A stretch of 31,514 bases of DNA from a virus. Lineage: Duplodnaviria > Caudoviricetes. Within the stretch, counting starts at the first letter, position 1, and each line of letters opens with the position of its first letter. The notes under the pieces were generated by a model, which made no database searches, was not told where the DNA came from, and saw nothing but the letters and a program-made list of their open reading frames with translations. Below are positions 19,775-27,929 of this stretch, piece after piece. A program made the translations under genes and the position numbers. The stretch is from positions 1-31,514 of the IMG/VR virus record IMGVR_UViG_3300012952_000072; one strand, written 5' to 3'.

Positions 19775-20361
19775 TATACCTGTTTATACATATCTAGGAC
19801 TCTTTTAATATGATCGGGTAGTCCAATGTTATTTTTATCCGAAGTAGTTCCGGGATTTTGTAAAGAAGCACCTCCTAAAGTTCTTCTTTCTTTGTGTTCT
19901 TTTTTAAAGTAGTAGGTTATTAAATCTACAACGGCCAAAGACAGATCTCCCGGAAGATCCGAGTATCCTGCTTTATAAACTACTTGAACTGAGCCTACTC
20001 CTTTTGGCCAATTTTTATAACCACTTGCAGTAGTTCTAAGTATTGCATCAGTATCAGTATCTACAAAGTATTCTTGAGATGCTGTTGAAAGAGCTGTGTA
20101 CGAACTACTGTAAGAAGACCGCTCTGATACACTGACAATACTTACGATAGGAGTCTCATCTAGATGAACTATATGAGTATCCCAATCGATAGTGAAAGTT
20201 TCTGTTTTATTTGCTGAAACAAAATCAACAAAAGAATTACCACAATAGGTTTTTACAAATTGACTTATAGAAGGTATAAGCGTCTGGAACTTTAAATCGT
20301 TCGTAGTCGAATCTATTCCTTCGAATTCCTTATATTTTGCAAGCGATATTAAGTCAGCCAT
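19774..20361 (-). CDS. Head completion / head-tail connector (T5 p144-like)
   Basis: LISLAKYKEF, SQFVKTYCGNSF, VQVVYKAGY and LPDHIKRVLDMYK motifs; follows MCP. Confidence 0.85.
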   Translation of the reverse strand: MADLISLAKYKEFEGIDSTTNDLKFQTLIPSISQFVKTYCGNSFVDFVSANKTETFTIDWDTHIVHLDETPIVSIVSVSERSSYSSSYTALSTASQEYFVDTDTDAILRTTASGYKNWPKGVGSVQVVYKAGYSDLPGDLSLAVVDLITYYFKKEHKERRTLGGASLQNPGTTSDKNNIGLPDHIKRVLDMYKQV

Positions 20362-20376
20362 AATAAGTCAATTAGT

Positions 20377-20409
20377 AAAAACCTAGGGGAGCGAACTCCC
20401 CCGGCTTTT
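20377..20409 (-). terminator. Intrinsic terminator after capsid gene
   Basis: GCCGGGGGAG-TTCG-CTCCCCTAGGTTTTT. Confidence 0.85.
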
Positions 20410-20430
20410 AACTCTAGCTATTTAAAGCTA

Positions 20431-21828
20431 TTAAGCAACGTTAGTAATCTTGATTGAAGGCTTGTCTCCGCCAGAGGCAGCAACCAACTCTTCGAAACCA
20501 AGTGATTGAGAAGCTACGAGAACCTTACGCTGGTTACGTACTTCGTAGTCTTGCTCAACCGTAACACCTCTTAATCGAGGAATTACATAGTTACGAGTGT
20601 TTACAGCAAAGGCAGCTTCGTTACCGGCTGTCATAGCCATTTCTTCGGAAGCAACTACGGCAGAGCCGTAAACCGCTCCGAGAGTACCAGTTACTCGTAC
20701 TGCTAGATCACTACCGACTTCATCCAAAGTCTGGAAGGAAGCGTCATCAAGCAAATCGTAGTAACCTTGTTGGCTTACAACGTATACAACATCAGAAGGA
20801 TTCATACCATATTTACCCATTCCTTGTCGTAAGTCAAGCAAGTTAGCTGAAGTCAGCTTATTGGTGTGAGGGGAAGAACCGTTACCGCTAAGATCATAAT
20901 CGAAAGCGGCGCTGTCTGCTTCGCCAGCAAGACCAGCAATAGTACCGTTACCATTAAGGACTACATCCTCAACAGCACGTGCGTGGGCTCGTGCGATAGC
21001 ATCGACAAGCATAGGCATCAAGTTAACAAGAACTTGCTCCTCAGTGTTGTTATCAATTGCAGTAATAGAAATCAAACGATAAGCGTTGAGGATCTTCTGA
21101 GCAGAGGCAAAGTTGTTACCACTTCCGCCCTTGTTCTGCAAGCTAATGTCTGCACCAGTTGAGGTCCACTCCGCCTTATCTGAATCAGGCTGAATAGGCA
21201 TTACTGTTGCACCACCATTTACAGGAATTTCACGGAACAAACGAGCAACTTTAAGCTCATTCATAATTTCTTTCTCGATTGAGTTAGAAACTTCTACGTC
21301 GATACCTGCGGTTGAGGTTGCTGTGTAAGTAATACCGGCTTTTTCAAAGATAGACTTAGAATAGTCAGTTTCCCAACCTTTACCAGTAACAACACCAAGA
21401 ACGTGTCCATACATGAAGTCCTGAGCAAAGGCAGAAATACCTTTCTCTTCAGCAGCACGATCAGCAAACACACGCTTAGACTCGCGCATCTTCGTGATTT
21501 CGTCGTTCTTTTCCTCAAGTTCTTTCTTGTACTGAGCCACAACTTCTGCAAGATCAGCATCTTTCTGCTGCATCTTCTCTTCTACATCAGCAATGAGCTT
21601 CTCAGTACCAGTTTCAACAGCAGTTACAACTGCTTTCTGAACTTCTTCTTCTTGCTGAGCTTTTACCTCAGCCTCTTGCTGAGCTTTTACCTCAGCCTCT
21701 TGCGCTGCTTTTTCTTCTGCAGCTTTAGTTTCGGCTTGCTTCATTGCAAGTTTAGCAGCAGTTTCCTCTGCTACCTTCTTAGCAAGTGCTTCCAAGTCGA
21801 CTTCGGGAGTTTTTACATCTTCCGACAT
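20431..21828 (-). CDS. Major capsid protein precursor from internal start Met205 (465 aa)
   Basis: AAGGAG (21840-21835), 6-nt spacer, in-frame ATG 21828; size close to the T5 pb8 precursor. Confidence 0.8.
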   Translation of the reverse strand: MSEDVKTPEVDLEALAKKVAEETAAKLAMKQAETKAAEEKAAQEAEVKAQQEAEVKAQQEEEVQKAVVTAVETGTEKLIADVEEKMQQKDADLAEVVAQYKKELEEKNDEITKMRESKRVFADRAAEEKGISAFAQDFMYGHVLGVVTGKGWETDYSKSIFEKAGITYTATSTAGIDVEVSNSIEKEIMNELKVARLFREIPVNGGATVMPIQPDSDKAEWTSTGADISLQNKGGSGNNFASAQKILNAYRLISITAIDNNTEEQVLVNLMPMLVDAIARAHARAVEDVVLNGNGTIAGLAGEADSAAFDYDLSGNGSSPHTNKLTSANLLDLRQGMGKYGMNPSDVVYVVSQQGYYDLLDDASFQTLDEVGSDLAVRVTGTLGAVYGSAVVASEEMAMTAGNEAAFAVNTRNYVIPRLRGVTVEQDYEVRNQRKVLVASQSLGFEELVAASGGDKPSIKITNVA

Positions 21829-22440
21829 TTTGGTCTCCTTTTGGACTTTTTTAGTCCCATCCGGTGCGTCACTAGCTATGCTTGAAGATATATCTCCATT
21901 CTTAGCCAGAGACTGACCGGCTAGTTCGACACTATTAGTGAAAGTTTTTTTGAACTCTTCATACTCTGTCATAGAGTCAAAAGACTTCGCCAGAGAAAAA
22001 GTAGCTGCTTGATTGCAGGGTACGGAAACTACCGACACTTCAAACAATTCAGCGTCCTTTATCTTATATCCATCGGTTTCCTCTATATAATCAGCATCCT
22101 TGACTCGGAAACCAACAGAAAAGGCTCCAAGGACACCGTCCTTAACTAAATCTACCACGTCTTTAGCGGCTTTACTAATTTTTGCTTCAAGCTGTAAGCC
22201 CTGATCAGTAACTTTTAGTCCGGTTGCTCGACCTATAGGTCTATTATAATCATGATTGAAAAGAATTATGGGATTATTCTCAAAATTCTTCAAACCATTT
22301 CCTTTAGTCCATGCATCAGGCATGATCGTATCACCGGCCCTATCAAAATCTGAAGTGCTCGCCATCCCTCGAATCATTGCACTACCATCTTCTAAAGCTG
22401 AACTTTTAAAGGTTGAAGTTAGATTAAAGATTTTATTCAT
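20431..22440 (-). CDS. Prohead protease (HK97-type) fused to scaffold/delta domain and major capsid protein, 669 aa
   Basis: Protease motifs LFNHD, FSVGF, EVSVVSVPCN in aa 1-150; coiled-coil at aa ~205-330; HK97-fold MCP at the C-terminus. Confidence 0.92.
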   Translation of the reverse strand: MNKIFNLTSTFKSSALEDGSAMIRGMASTSDFDRAGDTIMPDAWTKGNGLKNFENNPIILFNHDYNRPIGRATGLKVTDQGLQLEAKISKAAKDVVDLVKDGVLGAFSVGFRVKDADYIEETDGYKIKDAELFEVSVVSVPCNQAATFSLAKSFDSMTEYEEFKKTFTNSVELAGQSLAKNGDISSSIASDAPDGTKKVQKETKMSEDVKTPEVDLEALAKKVAEETAAKLAMKQAETKAAEEKAAQEAEVKAQQEAEVKAQQEEEVQKAVVTAVETGTEKLIADVEEKMQQKDADLAEVVAQYKKELEEKNDEITKMRESKRVFADRAAEEKGISAFAQDFMYGHVLGVVTGKGWETDYSKSIFEKAGITYTATSTAGIDVEVSNSIEKEIMNELKVARLFREIPVNGGATVMPIQPDSDKAEWTSTGADISLQNKGGSGNNFASAQKILNAYRLISITAIDNNTEEQVLVNLMPMLVDAIARAHARAVEDVVLNGNGTIAGLAGEADSAAFDYDLSGNGSSPHTNKLTSANLLDLRQGMGKYGMNPSDVVYVVSQQGYYDLLDDASFQTLDEVGSDLAVRVTGTLGAVYGSAVVASEEMAMTAGNEAAFAVNTRNYVIPRLRGVTVEQDYEVRNQRKVLVASQSLGFEELVAASGGDKPSIKITNVA
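21651..21702 (-). repeat. 24-bp tandem duplication (QEAEVKAQ x2) in scaffold coiled coil
   Basis: cttgctgagcttttacctcagcct occurs twice in tandem. Confidence 0.85.
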
Positions 22441-22445
22441 TTAAA

Positions 22446-22724
22446 CTATCCTGTAGCAGTAGATTTTTTAGATAAGGACTCTAAAGGATCTTCTGCTCTT
22501 GCATCCTCTTCCAAGGAAGGGAAGGCGTCTGGACGAAATGTTTCTAAGTAGGCAAGTAAGCCTTCATACGTCCCAAAAAACTTTTGAATAAGTGCATACC
22601 GAACAGGAGCTCCTGTATGTGCACTATAAGTCACTTTGTTAAGCAGCTCTCCTTCTTCTTTAAGAAAATCTGCAATTTGATTTGCTATGGACTGCTTTTG
22701 TCGCAGCCTAATCTTCATCGGCAT
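22446..22724 (-). CDS. Hypothetical 92-aa protein between portal and protease
   Basis: GGAGG + 6 nt + ATG at 22724 (MPMKIRLRQ); overlaps portal end. Confidence 0.65.
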   Translation of the reverse strand: MPMKIRLRQKQSIANQIADFLKEEGELLNKVTYSAHTGAPVRYALIQKFFGTYEGLLAYLETFRPDAFPSLEEDARAEDPLESLSKKSTATG

Positions 22725-23910
22725 TTTGTTCCTCCGGGCGTCCGCCCTCATCTGGGTTTACTGCGCTACCTGCGATGTTTGCAGGTACTCTTATATCATC
22801 ATGTCCCTCTGCGACTTCGAAGCCCATGTGATCTCGGGCTTCATTAGGGGAAATAATTCCTCCGTTTACAAGAGCAGTATAGTATGCCGCAGCATCTCTA
22901 AGCTCAGGTTGTAAAGCAGGAACATCGCTTATGTCCTCTCTAAGATCGAATCCAAAGAACCTTTCAAAACCATAATTTACCTTCTTAACTATTGGAAGTA
23001 TAGTTTCCAAATAATACATTCTCATGTTAGGACGAATATTAGCATTGTTGCCAGAGTCTAACATTATAGGAGGAATTCCCAGAGCTTTTAAAATAATTTT
23101 TTCATTTTCTTGAATTGCATCTTGAAAATCTAAGTCTCTAAAATTAGTGTTAGAGATTTGGTCTATTTCTATTCCTCCATCTAGTATTAAAGGCCTTCTT
23201 CCTCCGGAGTCAGGTCTGTAACGAGTTGTCCAGGATTGTATCATTCTCTCCTTTATTTTTTCGCTTAATGTATTAGGACTTTTAAGTACTAATCCTGGAA
23301 CTGCTCCATTCTTAAAAAAGTTATCCTGAAACTTTCTCATGTTCTTCATAAGAACCATGGTTCTAAGTGCAGGCTTTAATCGTGAAACTCCTCTATAGAT
23401 TGAATAAAAAGAATTATCTTTTATGTGTATTATTTCGCTAGTCTTATAATCAATCGCGTCATTATAAGAGAAGTGATCTATATAAGTGCTTTCGCTAGAA
23501 TGAATTTTAATCTTTGTGGCGGGTAAATGATATAAATGAACTCCATCAAAATAAACAAAAATGTTTCCGTCTAAAATGAAATCTGTAATTAAGTTTCTTT
23601 TGAATGTACTAATATCCTGAAAAGGATTAGGTTCTTTATTCAAAAGAAGATCAACTCTACTTCTTTTCAGACCTTTTACAACATTCTGTATTCCTTGTAT
23701 TTGAGGGCCAACTACCGAAGATATCTCTGCGGTATCGTCTACAATTAAATTTACGCCCCTATTTACAATTTCTAAATCTTCGTAGGCTTGTTCGTAAGAG
23801 AACGTATCCTCTCTAGAAGATACGATTTTATGGTCGTAGTATGGTTGTGCAGGATTTAACTTTTCCTCCACATCAGCCTGTCTGCCAAAAAATCTATCAT
23901 ACCATGCCAT
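22708..23910 (-). CDS. Portal protein (HK97 family, T5 pb7-like)
   Basis: LLNKEPNPFQ, LDGNIFVY, IIHIKD, FFKNGAVPGLVL and GIISPNEARD motifs. Confidence 0.95.
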   Translation of the reverse strand: MAWYDRFFGRQADVEEKLNPAQPYYDHKIVSSREDTFSYEQAYEDLEIVNRGVNLIVDDTAEISSVVGPQIQGIQNVVKGLKRSRVDLLLNKEPNPFQDISTFKRNLITDFILDGNIFVYFDGVHLYHLPATKIKIHSSESTYIDHFSYNDAIDYKTSEIIHIKDNSFYSIYRGVSRLKPALRTMVLMKNMRKFQDNFFKNGAVPGLVLKSPNTLSEKIKERMIQSWTTRYRPDSGGRRPLILDGGIEIDQISNTNFRDLDFQDAIQENEKIILKALGIPPIMLDSGNNANIRPNMRMYYLETILPIVKKVNYGFERFFGFDLREDISDVPALQPELRDAAAYYTALVNGGIISPNEARDHMGFEVAEGHDDIRVPANIAGSAVNPDEGGRPEEQNADED

Positions 23911-24259
23911 GTTTTTCTCTTTGAATCTCTACCCAGTTTTCCTGCTTTGTTGCTGTTCCTAAGCCAGGGTTTCTGCCGTATACTTTATGTAGCAACAAGT
24001 GATGTTCATGACATAGGGTTACTGTATGCTCGTATAATTCCGCCCAGTGATCCTGAATAAAATCTTCCCGAAAAGATAAAATATGTTCGGGAAGTAACTT
24101 GTTCTTTTTAACATAAGCATGTACTAAAGGGCTTAAAGTATAATAGTGGTGAAAATCTAATTTTTCTTGAGAGCCACAAATATAACACTCAGTCCCTTTT
24201 TCATATTTATTTTTTGCTTTATCTCTTATGTATTTTACGATGTCTCGTTTCAAATCCAT
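23897..24259 (-). CDS. HNH nicking endonuclease (T5-like, between terL and portal)
   Basis: CYIC...DFHHY...TLCHEHHLLLHKVYG. Confidence 0.85.
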   Translation of the reverse strand: MDLKRDIVKYIRDKAKNKYEKGTECYICGSQEKLDFHHYYTLSPLVHAYVKKNKLLPEHILSFREDFIQDHWAELYEHTVTLCHEHHLLLHKVYGRNPGLGTATKQENWVEIQREKHGMV

Positions 24260-24273
24260 TTTTTAATACCGAA

Positions 24274-24313
24274 ATTATATTAAAGTTAAGGTACAATGTC
24301 AATAACTATTTTT
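24274..24313 (-). promoter_or_regulatory. Perfect-consensus sigma70 promoter for head operon
   Basis: AAAAATAGTTA-TTGACA(24302-24297)-17 nt-TATAAT(24279-24274). Confidence 0.92.
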
Positions 24314-24325
24314 GAGCAGGTATCG

Positions 24326-25630
24326 TTAAAACCCACTGTTACTAGTCTCAAAGGAATATAATGCGTAGCGGAGTGCATCCGCCATATGAGACGCCCTGTT
24401 GTGTTTTGGCTTTTCTCTAGCTAAATTGGGATTAGCATCCCACTGGTACTGATCTAAACATTGCAAAGTTTCTGAGCAAGATTGATCTACCTGTAGCTTA
24501 TCGTTATCAACTATAGCTGCTACATGAGCAATACCATCTAATACTGACTTTTTAGCGTTTATGGTTGATATATCATAATTTTGCGCAAAGTCAAATCTAG
24601 TTTGCTGTGCAGCTGAATCAATATAGATATAGTCAATATCCCATTTATCTACTAAGTCTTGTATTCTATTCGCATGTTGCTCAGTTGTTTTTTCTGCATC
24701 TAAGTATTCATCTAGTAAGTAATACTTTTCTTCGTCCCAATCATACCCAATTACACAGAAAGCAGTAGGATCTCTATATCCTACGTCTAGTCCTGCAAAT
24801 ACATCCATGTTTTTTGTTTCCATACCATCTGCATTAAATATACATTCCTGATGGTTAAAATTCCAAATTTGCCCCTCATAAATATTAAAGTCTGCCTCGT
24901 ACTCTTGTCTAAACTCTGCTTCAGACATTGTTCTTCTTGCTTCTTGTATGTCTAAATCAGAAATACGAGGATTATCTCTATAAGTTGCTTTAATGGATGC
25001 CCACTCTGAATAATCGTCTTGAAAACCTCTGTCAAAAAATTCTGAAAACCAATTATTCCTTCCTCTGGGAGTAGAAATAAAGATTGCTTTAGAATTATCC
25101 TTATCTAGGGTTGGACGAAGAGCTACATTAAAAGCATCTCTTCCATCAGCCAAAGCAGCCTCATCAAAAATGATAAGATCATAACTACGCCCAACACAAG
25201 AATCAACTTGATTAACTGAGCCCATTCTTATAGTGGATGCATTTGATAGTTCTATTACTTTGTCTTTTGCGTTATCCCTAGTTACTTCTAGGTCAAAGTG
25301 TTTAATTAGATTTCTTTGTAAATCAAAAGAAATTTGAGATAATGCATAATTAGGAGACATTATAAGTATATTGGAATTAGGCACAAGGGACACCAACTGC
25401 CCAATTATATTGGCAATGTAAGTTTTGCCCTGCCTTCTAGAAAGTGCGGCACATATAAAACGATACTTAGGATTATTAACTGCATTTATAATCCCCATCT
25501 GAGAGGCTAAAGGAGTTATGCCCAAAAGCTCCATGTAGGGTTCTACAGGGAGCTTTAAAAATTTATCTTCAGATGTGTAGTCAAAAATATAGTCGGACAC
25601 TATATCTCTGCGACTGATTTCTACTGCCAT
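24326..25630 (-). CDS. terL: Terminase large subunit
   Basis: Walker A SRRQGKT, Walker B IIFDE, ISTP coupling motif, nuclease motifs GLDVG and HMADALRY; 434 aa. Confidence 0.96.
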   Translation of the reverse strand: MAVEISRRDIVSDYIFDYTSEDKFLKLPVEPYMELLGITPLASQMGIINAVNNPKYRFICAALSRRQGKTYIANIIGQLVSLVPNSNILIMSPNYALSQISFDLQRNLIKHFDLEVTRDNAKDKVIELSNASTIRMGSVNQVDSCVGRSYDLIIFDEAALADGRDAFNVALRPTLDKDNSKAIFISTPRGRNNWFSEFFDRGFQDDYSEWASIKATYRDNPRISDLDIQEARRTMSEAEFRQEYEADFNIYEGQIWNFNHQECIFNADGMETKNMDVFAGLDVGYRDPTAFCVIGYDWDEEKYYLLDEYLDAEKTTEQHANRIQDLVDKWDIDYIYIDSAAQQTRFDFAQNYDISTINAKKSVLDGIAHVAAIVDNDKLQVDQSCSETLQCLDQYQWDANPNLAREKPKHNRASHMADALRYALYSFETSNSGF

Positions 25631-25791
25631 TAGTCTTGTTCCATTGATCTCGTTTTACTGTACTTTCTGCAAAGTTCCCACTCCGTGAGCCGTGAGTCTT
25701 CTTCTTCTACGTCTATTTTTCCGGGCCGCTTTATAACTCTTTTAATCTCTTCTATTAACGTCGTTATACTCGTTACTTCCTTGACATCCAC
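25630..25791 (-). CDS. Hypothetical 53-aa protein (not in track)
   Basis: GGGAG SD, GTG start, MDVKEVTSITTLIEEIKRVIKRPG...SMEQD; its TAA overlaps the terL ATG (TAATG). Confidence 0.6.
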   Translation of the reverse strand: MDVKEVTSITTLIEEIKRVIKRPGKIDVEEEDSRLTEWELCRKYSKTRSMEQD

Positions 25792-26102
25792 GCTGATACT
25801 CCCATGTAAGCTCCTACAACGCCAGCTTGCGCAATGTAGAATAGTCCTAATAAGTCTGCTAGTGCAGACACCCTTCCTTCAGAAACACTAGGAGTAAATA
25901 GTATTCCAGTAAAAACTATCATAGTTCCTAATGCTACCCAAGCCATTTTCTTTTGTGCTTCACTTTTTTCTTCGCGAAGCTCAAGTTCCATCATATCTTG
26001 AGATCTTTTTATCTCTTCATCTGTTACAGTACCGTCACCATCTAGGTCGAACTGATTGTACTCTGAACCTTTTTGTAGACTTTTAGTCAAAGTGGTCTCC
26101 AT
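25773..26102 (-). CDS. EF-hand-containing two-TM membrane protein (holin-like)
   Basis: DLDGDGTVTDEE canonical EF loop followed by two hydrophobic helices. Confidence 0.7.
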   Translation of the reverse strand: METTLTKSLQKGSEYNQFDLDGDGTVTDEEIKRSQDMMELELREEKSEAQKKMAWVALGTMIVFTGILFTPSVSEGRVSALADLLGLFYIAQAGVVGAYMGVSAWMSRK

Positions 26103-26339
26103 TTACTTCCATGGCAGTAAAGTTAATCCAAATGTACTTAGGATTATTTCTAAGAATATTAAGAACATACCGCCTCCTACTATTTGCCAAGTCCACCATT
26201 TCCAGCCTTCTAAACCATCTGCCCAGTGTCTGAAGCTGCTGTCCCTTGCTTTGTCATAGGCTCCGCTCTTCTCACCTATTTTACTTGCCCAATAATTTGG
26301 GTCAACCCAGTCTTTTAATTTTAGCAAAATGATCTCCAT
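26103..26339 (-). CDS. Trp-rich small membrane protein
   Basis: 78 aa; WKWWTWQIVGGGMFLIFLEIILSTFGLTLLPWK; abuts both neighbours. Confidence 0.7.
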   Translation of the reverse strand: MEIILLKLKDWVDPNYWASKIGEKSGAYDKARDSSFRHWADGLEGWKWWTWQIVGGGMFLIFLEIILSTFGLTLLPWK

Positions 26340-26807
26340 TTATCTCATTTCGAGGTATAGAAACAGCCCCATTCCCACAAGAAGAAACACTCCTGCAGCT
26401 ATCAAAAGTATTGATAAAGCTTGCTTTAACTCTGCTGCTCTTGCGGCTTTTCGTCTTGAAGCCGTTGCAGCAGCTTTTTTAGCGTTAGCTACTGATTTGG
26501 CTTGAATCTTTTTCATGTCCTCATAAGTTTTCATTTCTCCAGCAATCAAAAAGAGATCTTTAAGTTGTCTTTCGTGCTCTCTTTGTTGCCTTTTAGCAAA
26601 AGCTAAATCCATAGATTCTTTTGCCGAAAGAGATCTTTTACCGGAAGCAACTTGACCTTCAATAGTAGCTATCCCTTCTGCTGCACTATTTACTCTCTGA
26701 AAAACTTTTGATAAACTTTGAACATTCCCTTTCGTCTCTCGAATGGTATTTATCGCACCATTTACAGCGTTAAGAGCTCCTATTACGGCACTCACTTCTG
26801 CAATCAT
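26340..26807 (-). CDS. Helical protein with C-terminal TM anchor
   Basis: Likely start ATG 26807 (TAATG coupling); amphipathic N-terminus, coiled coil, C-terminal LSILLIAAGVFLLVGMGLFLYL. Confidence 0.7.
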   Translation of the reverse strand: MIAEVSAVIGALNAVNGAINTIRETKGNVQSLSKVFQRVNSAAEGIATIEGQVASGKRSLSAKESMDLAFAKRQQREHERQLKDLFLIAGEMKTYEDMKKIQAKSVANAKKAAATASRRKAARAAELKQALSILLIAAGVFLLVGMGLFLYLEMR

Positions 26808-27109
26808 TACCACTTCACCTTATCTGCCCAGTATGCCGCGGACATCTTTCCCTTTGCTATGTTCTTGGCATGTCGAGCCTTAAAGGAGGCCCGCTTCTTT
26901 TTCATGGCCGTGCTCTCGCCTTTCTTAGGCTTTCCAGCCGTTTTTGCTCCTTGTTGTCCAAATCGAATGGTCTTAACTTTAGTACCAACTTTTGCAACAA
27001 CTATATGAGACTTCTTCGGGTGACTTGGTGTTCGTTTAGGTTTATTATAACCAGAAACCCCTGCTCTTTTTAATCGTGAATCTTTCTTACCTCTTCTTCT
27101 TACTGCCAC
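26807..27109 (-). CDS. Highly basic 100-aa protein
   Basis: K/R-rich; KTIRFGQQG...ASFKARH...SAAYWADKVKW. Confidence 0.8.
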   Translation of the reverse strand: MAVRRRGKKDSRLKRAGVSGYNKPKRTPSHPKKSHIVVAKVGTKVKTIRFGQQGAKTAGKPKKGESTAMKKKRASFKARHAKNIAKGKMSAAYWADKVKW

Positions 27110-27368
27110 GCTTTTTTCTCTTCACAAAGGTGCGGACGTTAGTCGGCTTCCCGCCTGGATTACCCGCTGCTCTTTTTCTTCGAATAGCGGATTTTCTCTG
27201 TTTTTCGGTAAGACGGGCGGCTTTAGAAGCGGGAAGACACTTTGGATAACTTTTCTTACCTGATTTAGTTCTTCCACATTTTTCAAAACCGCCGCCCTTT
27301 TTGGGTCGAGAAATATCAACCCAATTCTCTCCAAACCACTTTGTCAAACCTCCACGAGGCTTCGGCAT
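27087..27368 (-). CDS. Highly basic 93-aa protein
   Basis: GGGAG SD; GLTKWFGENWVD...CGR...YPKCLP. Confidence 0.8.
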   Translation of the reverse strand: MPKPRGGLTKWFGENWVDISRPKKGGGFEKCGRTKSGKKSYPKCLPASKAARLTEKQRKSAIRRKRAAGNPGGKPTNVRTFVKRKKRGSKKKR

Positions 27369-27379
27369 TATTTTCTCCC

Positions 27380-27469
27380 TCAGCGCTTATACTTCTTGCC
27401 CTTTTTCTTCTTACCTTTTTTAGCGGGGCGTCCTCGTTTCTTTCCGTAAGTTCCTTTACCTGCTGGCAT
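27380..27469 (-). CDS. 29-aa Lys-rich AT-hook-like peptide (not in track)
   Basis: MPAGKGTYGKKRGRPAKKGKKKKGKKYKR; fills the gap between neighbours; GGGA upstream. Confidence 0.7.
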   Translation of the reverse strand: MPAGKGTYGKKRGRPAKKGKKKKGKKYKR

Positions 27470-27473
27470 AGTT

Positions 27474-27656
27474 TTATCCCATGCGGTATTTACCGCCTTT
27501 GGCTTTATAAGTTTTTACAAGCCACCCATTTGCATAAGCAGAAGGATAAACAGCAAATTTTCGTTTTGCTTGAGCCTTCACTCGTGCGTAAAGTTTTTTA
27601 TTAGTAGGAATAGGCTTCTTTTTCTTAGAAGTCTTCTTTCGTCGTCGAACAGCCAT
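27474..27656 (-). CDS. Highly basic 60-aa protein
   Basis: PTNKKLYARVKAQAKRKFAVYPSAYANGWLVKTYKAKGGKY. Confidence 0.8.
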   Translation of the reverse strand: MAVRRRKKTSKKKKPIPTNKKLYARVKAQAKRKFAVYPSAYANGWLVKTYKAKGGKYRMG

Positions 27657-27815
27657 TTAAGCGTCCGCAGAGAATAGATCCTTGTCTTTAGGTTTAGAAG
27701 GCTCTTTTTGGGCTCCACCTTGGTAGGTTTGCGCCTCTGCTTTAGTGGGGAAGCCCTGTACTTCGCCTTCCTTAACACCGTACCATACACCTCTTTTTTC
27801 GTATACGTCGCTCAT
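27657..27815 (-). CDS. Hypothetical 52-aa protein (not in track)
   Basis: GAGGAG SD, MSDVYEKRGVWYGVKEGEVQGFPTKAEA...FSADA; TAA abuts the next ATG. Confidence 0.7.
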   Translation of the reverse strand: MSDVYEKRGVWYGVKEGEVQGFPTKAEAQTYQGGAQKEPSKPKDKDLFSADA

Positions 27816-27818
27816 AGC

Positions 27819-27920
27819 TTACTCCTCGCAATCGCAGTCGTGACAAACTTCGTTTATACATTTGTCGCACTCTTTGCCACAGTGACAATCGTGGCCGCAT
27901 CTATGACATTTTAAGTCCAT
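27819..27920 (-). CDS. 33-aa Cys/His-rich metallothionein-like peptide (not in track)
   Basis: AGGAG SD; MDLKCHRCGHDCHCGKECDKCINEVCHDCDCEE (9 Cys, 4 His). Confidence 0.75.
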   Translation of the reverse strand: MDLKCHRCGHDCHCGKECDKCINEVCHDCDCEE

Positions 27921-27929
27921 TTTTATCTC

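Noticed and set aside
21294-21560. Alternate-frame ORF inside the capsid gene
   Set aside because: Frame shadow of biased codon usage; no supporting signal.
22725-22751. Track start MRADARRNK
   Set aside because: The GGAGG SD points to ATG 22724 instead.
23897-24259. HNH as a mobile homing endonuclease; mapping of T5-like nick sites
   Set aside because: Position and size fit the conserved T5 nicking enzyme. A nick consensus cannot be derived by eye.
27122-27790. Track ORFs 27122..27334 and 27578..27790
   Set aside because: Other frames (27087..27368, 27474..27656, 27657..27815) tile the region with better SDs or coupling.
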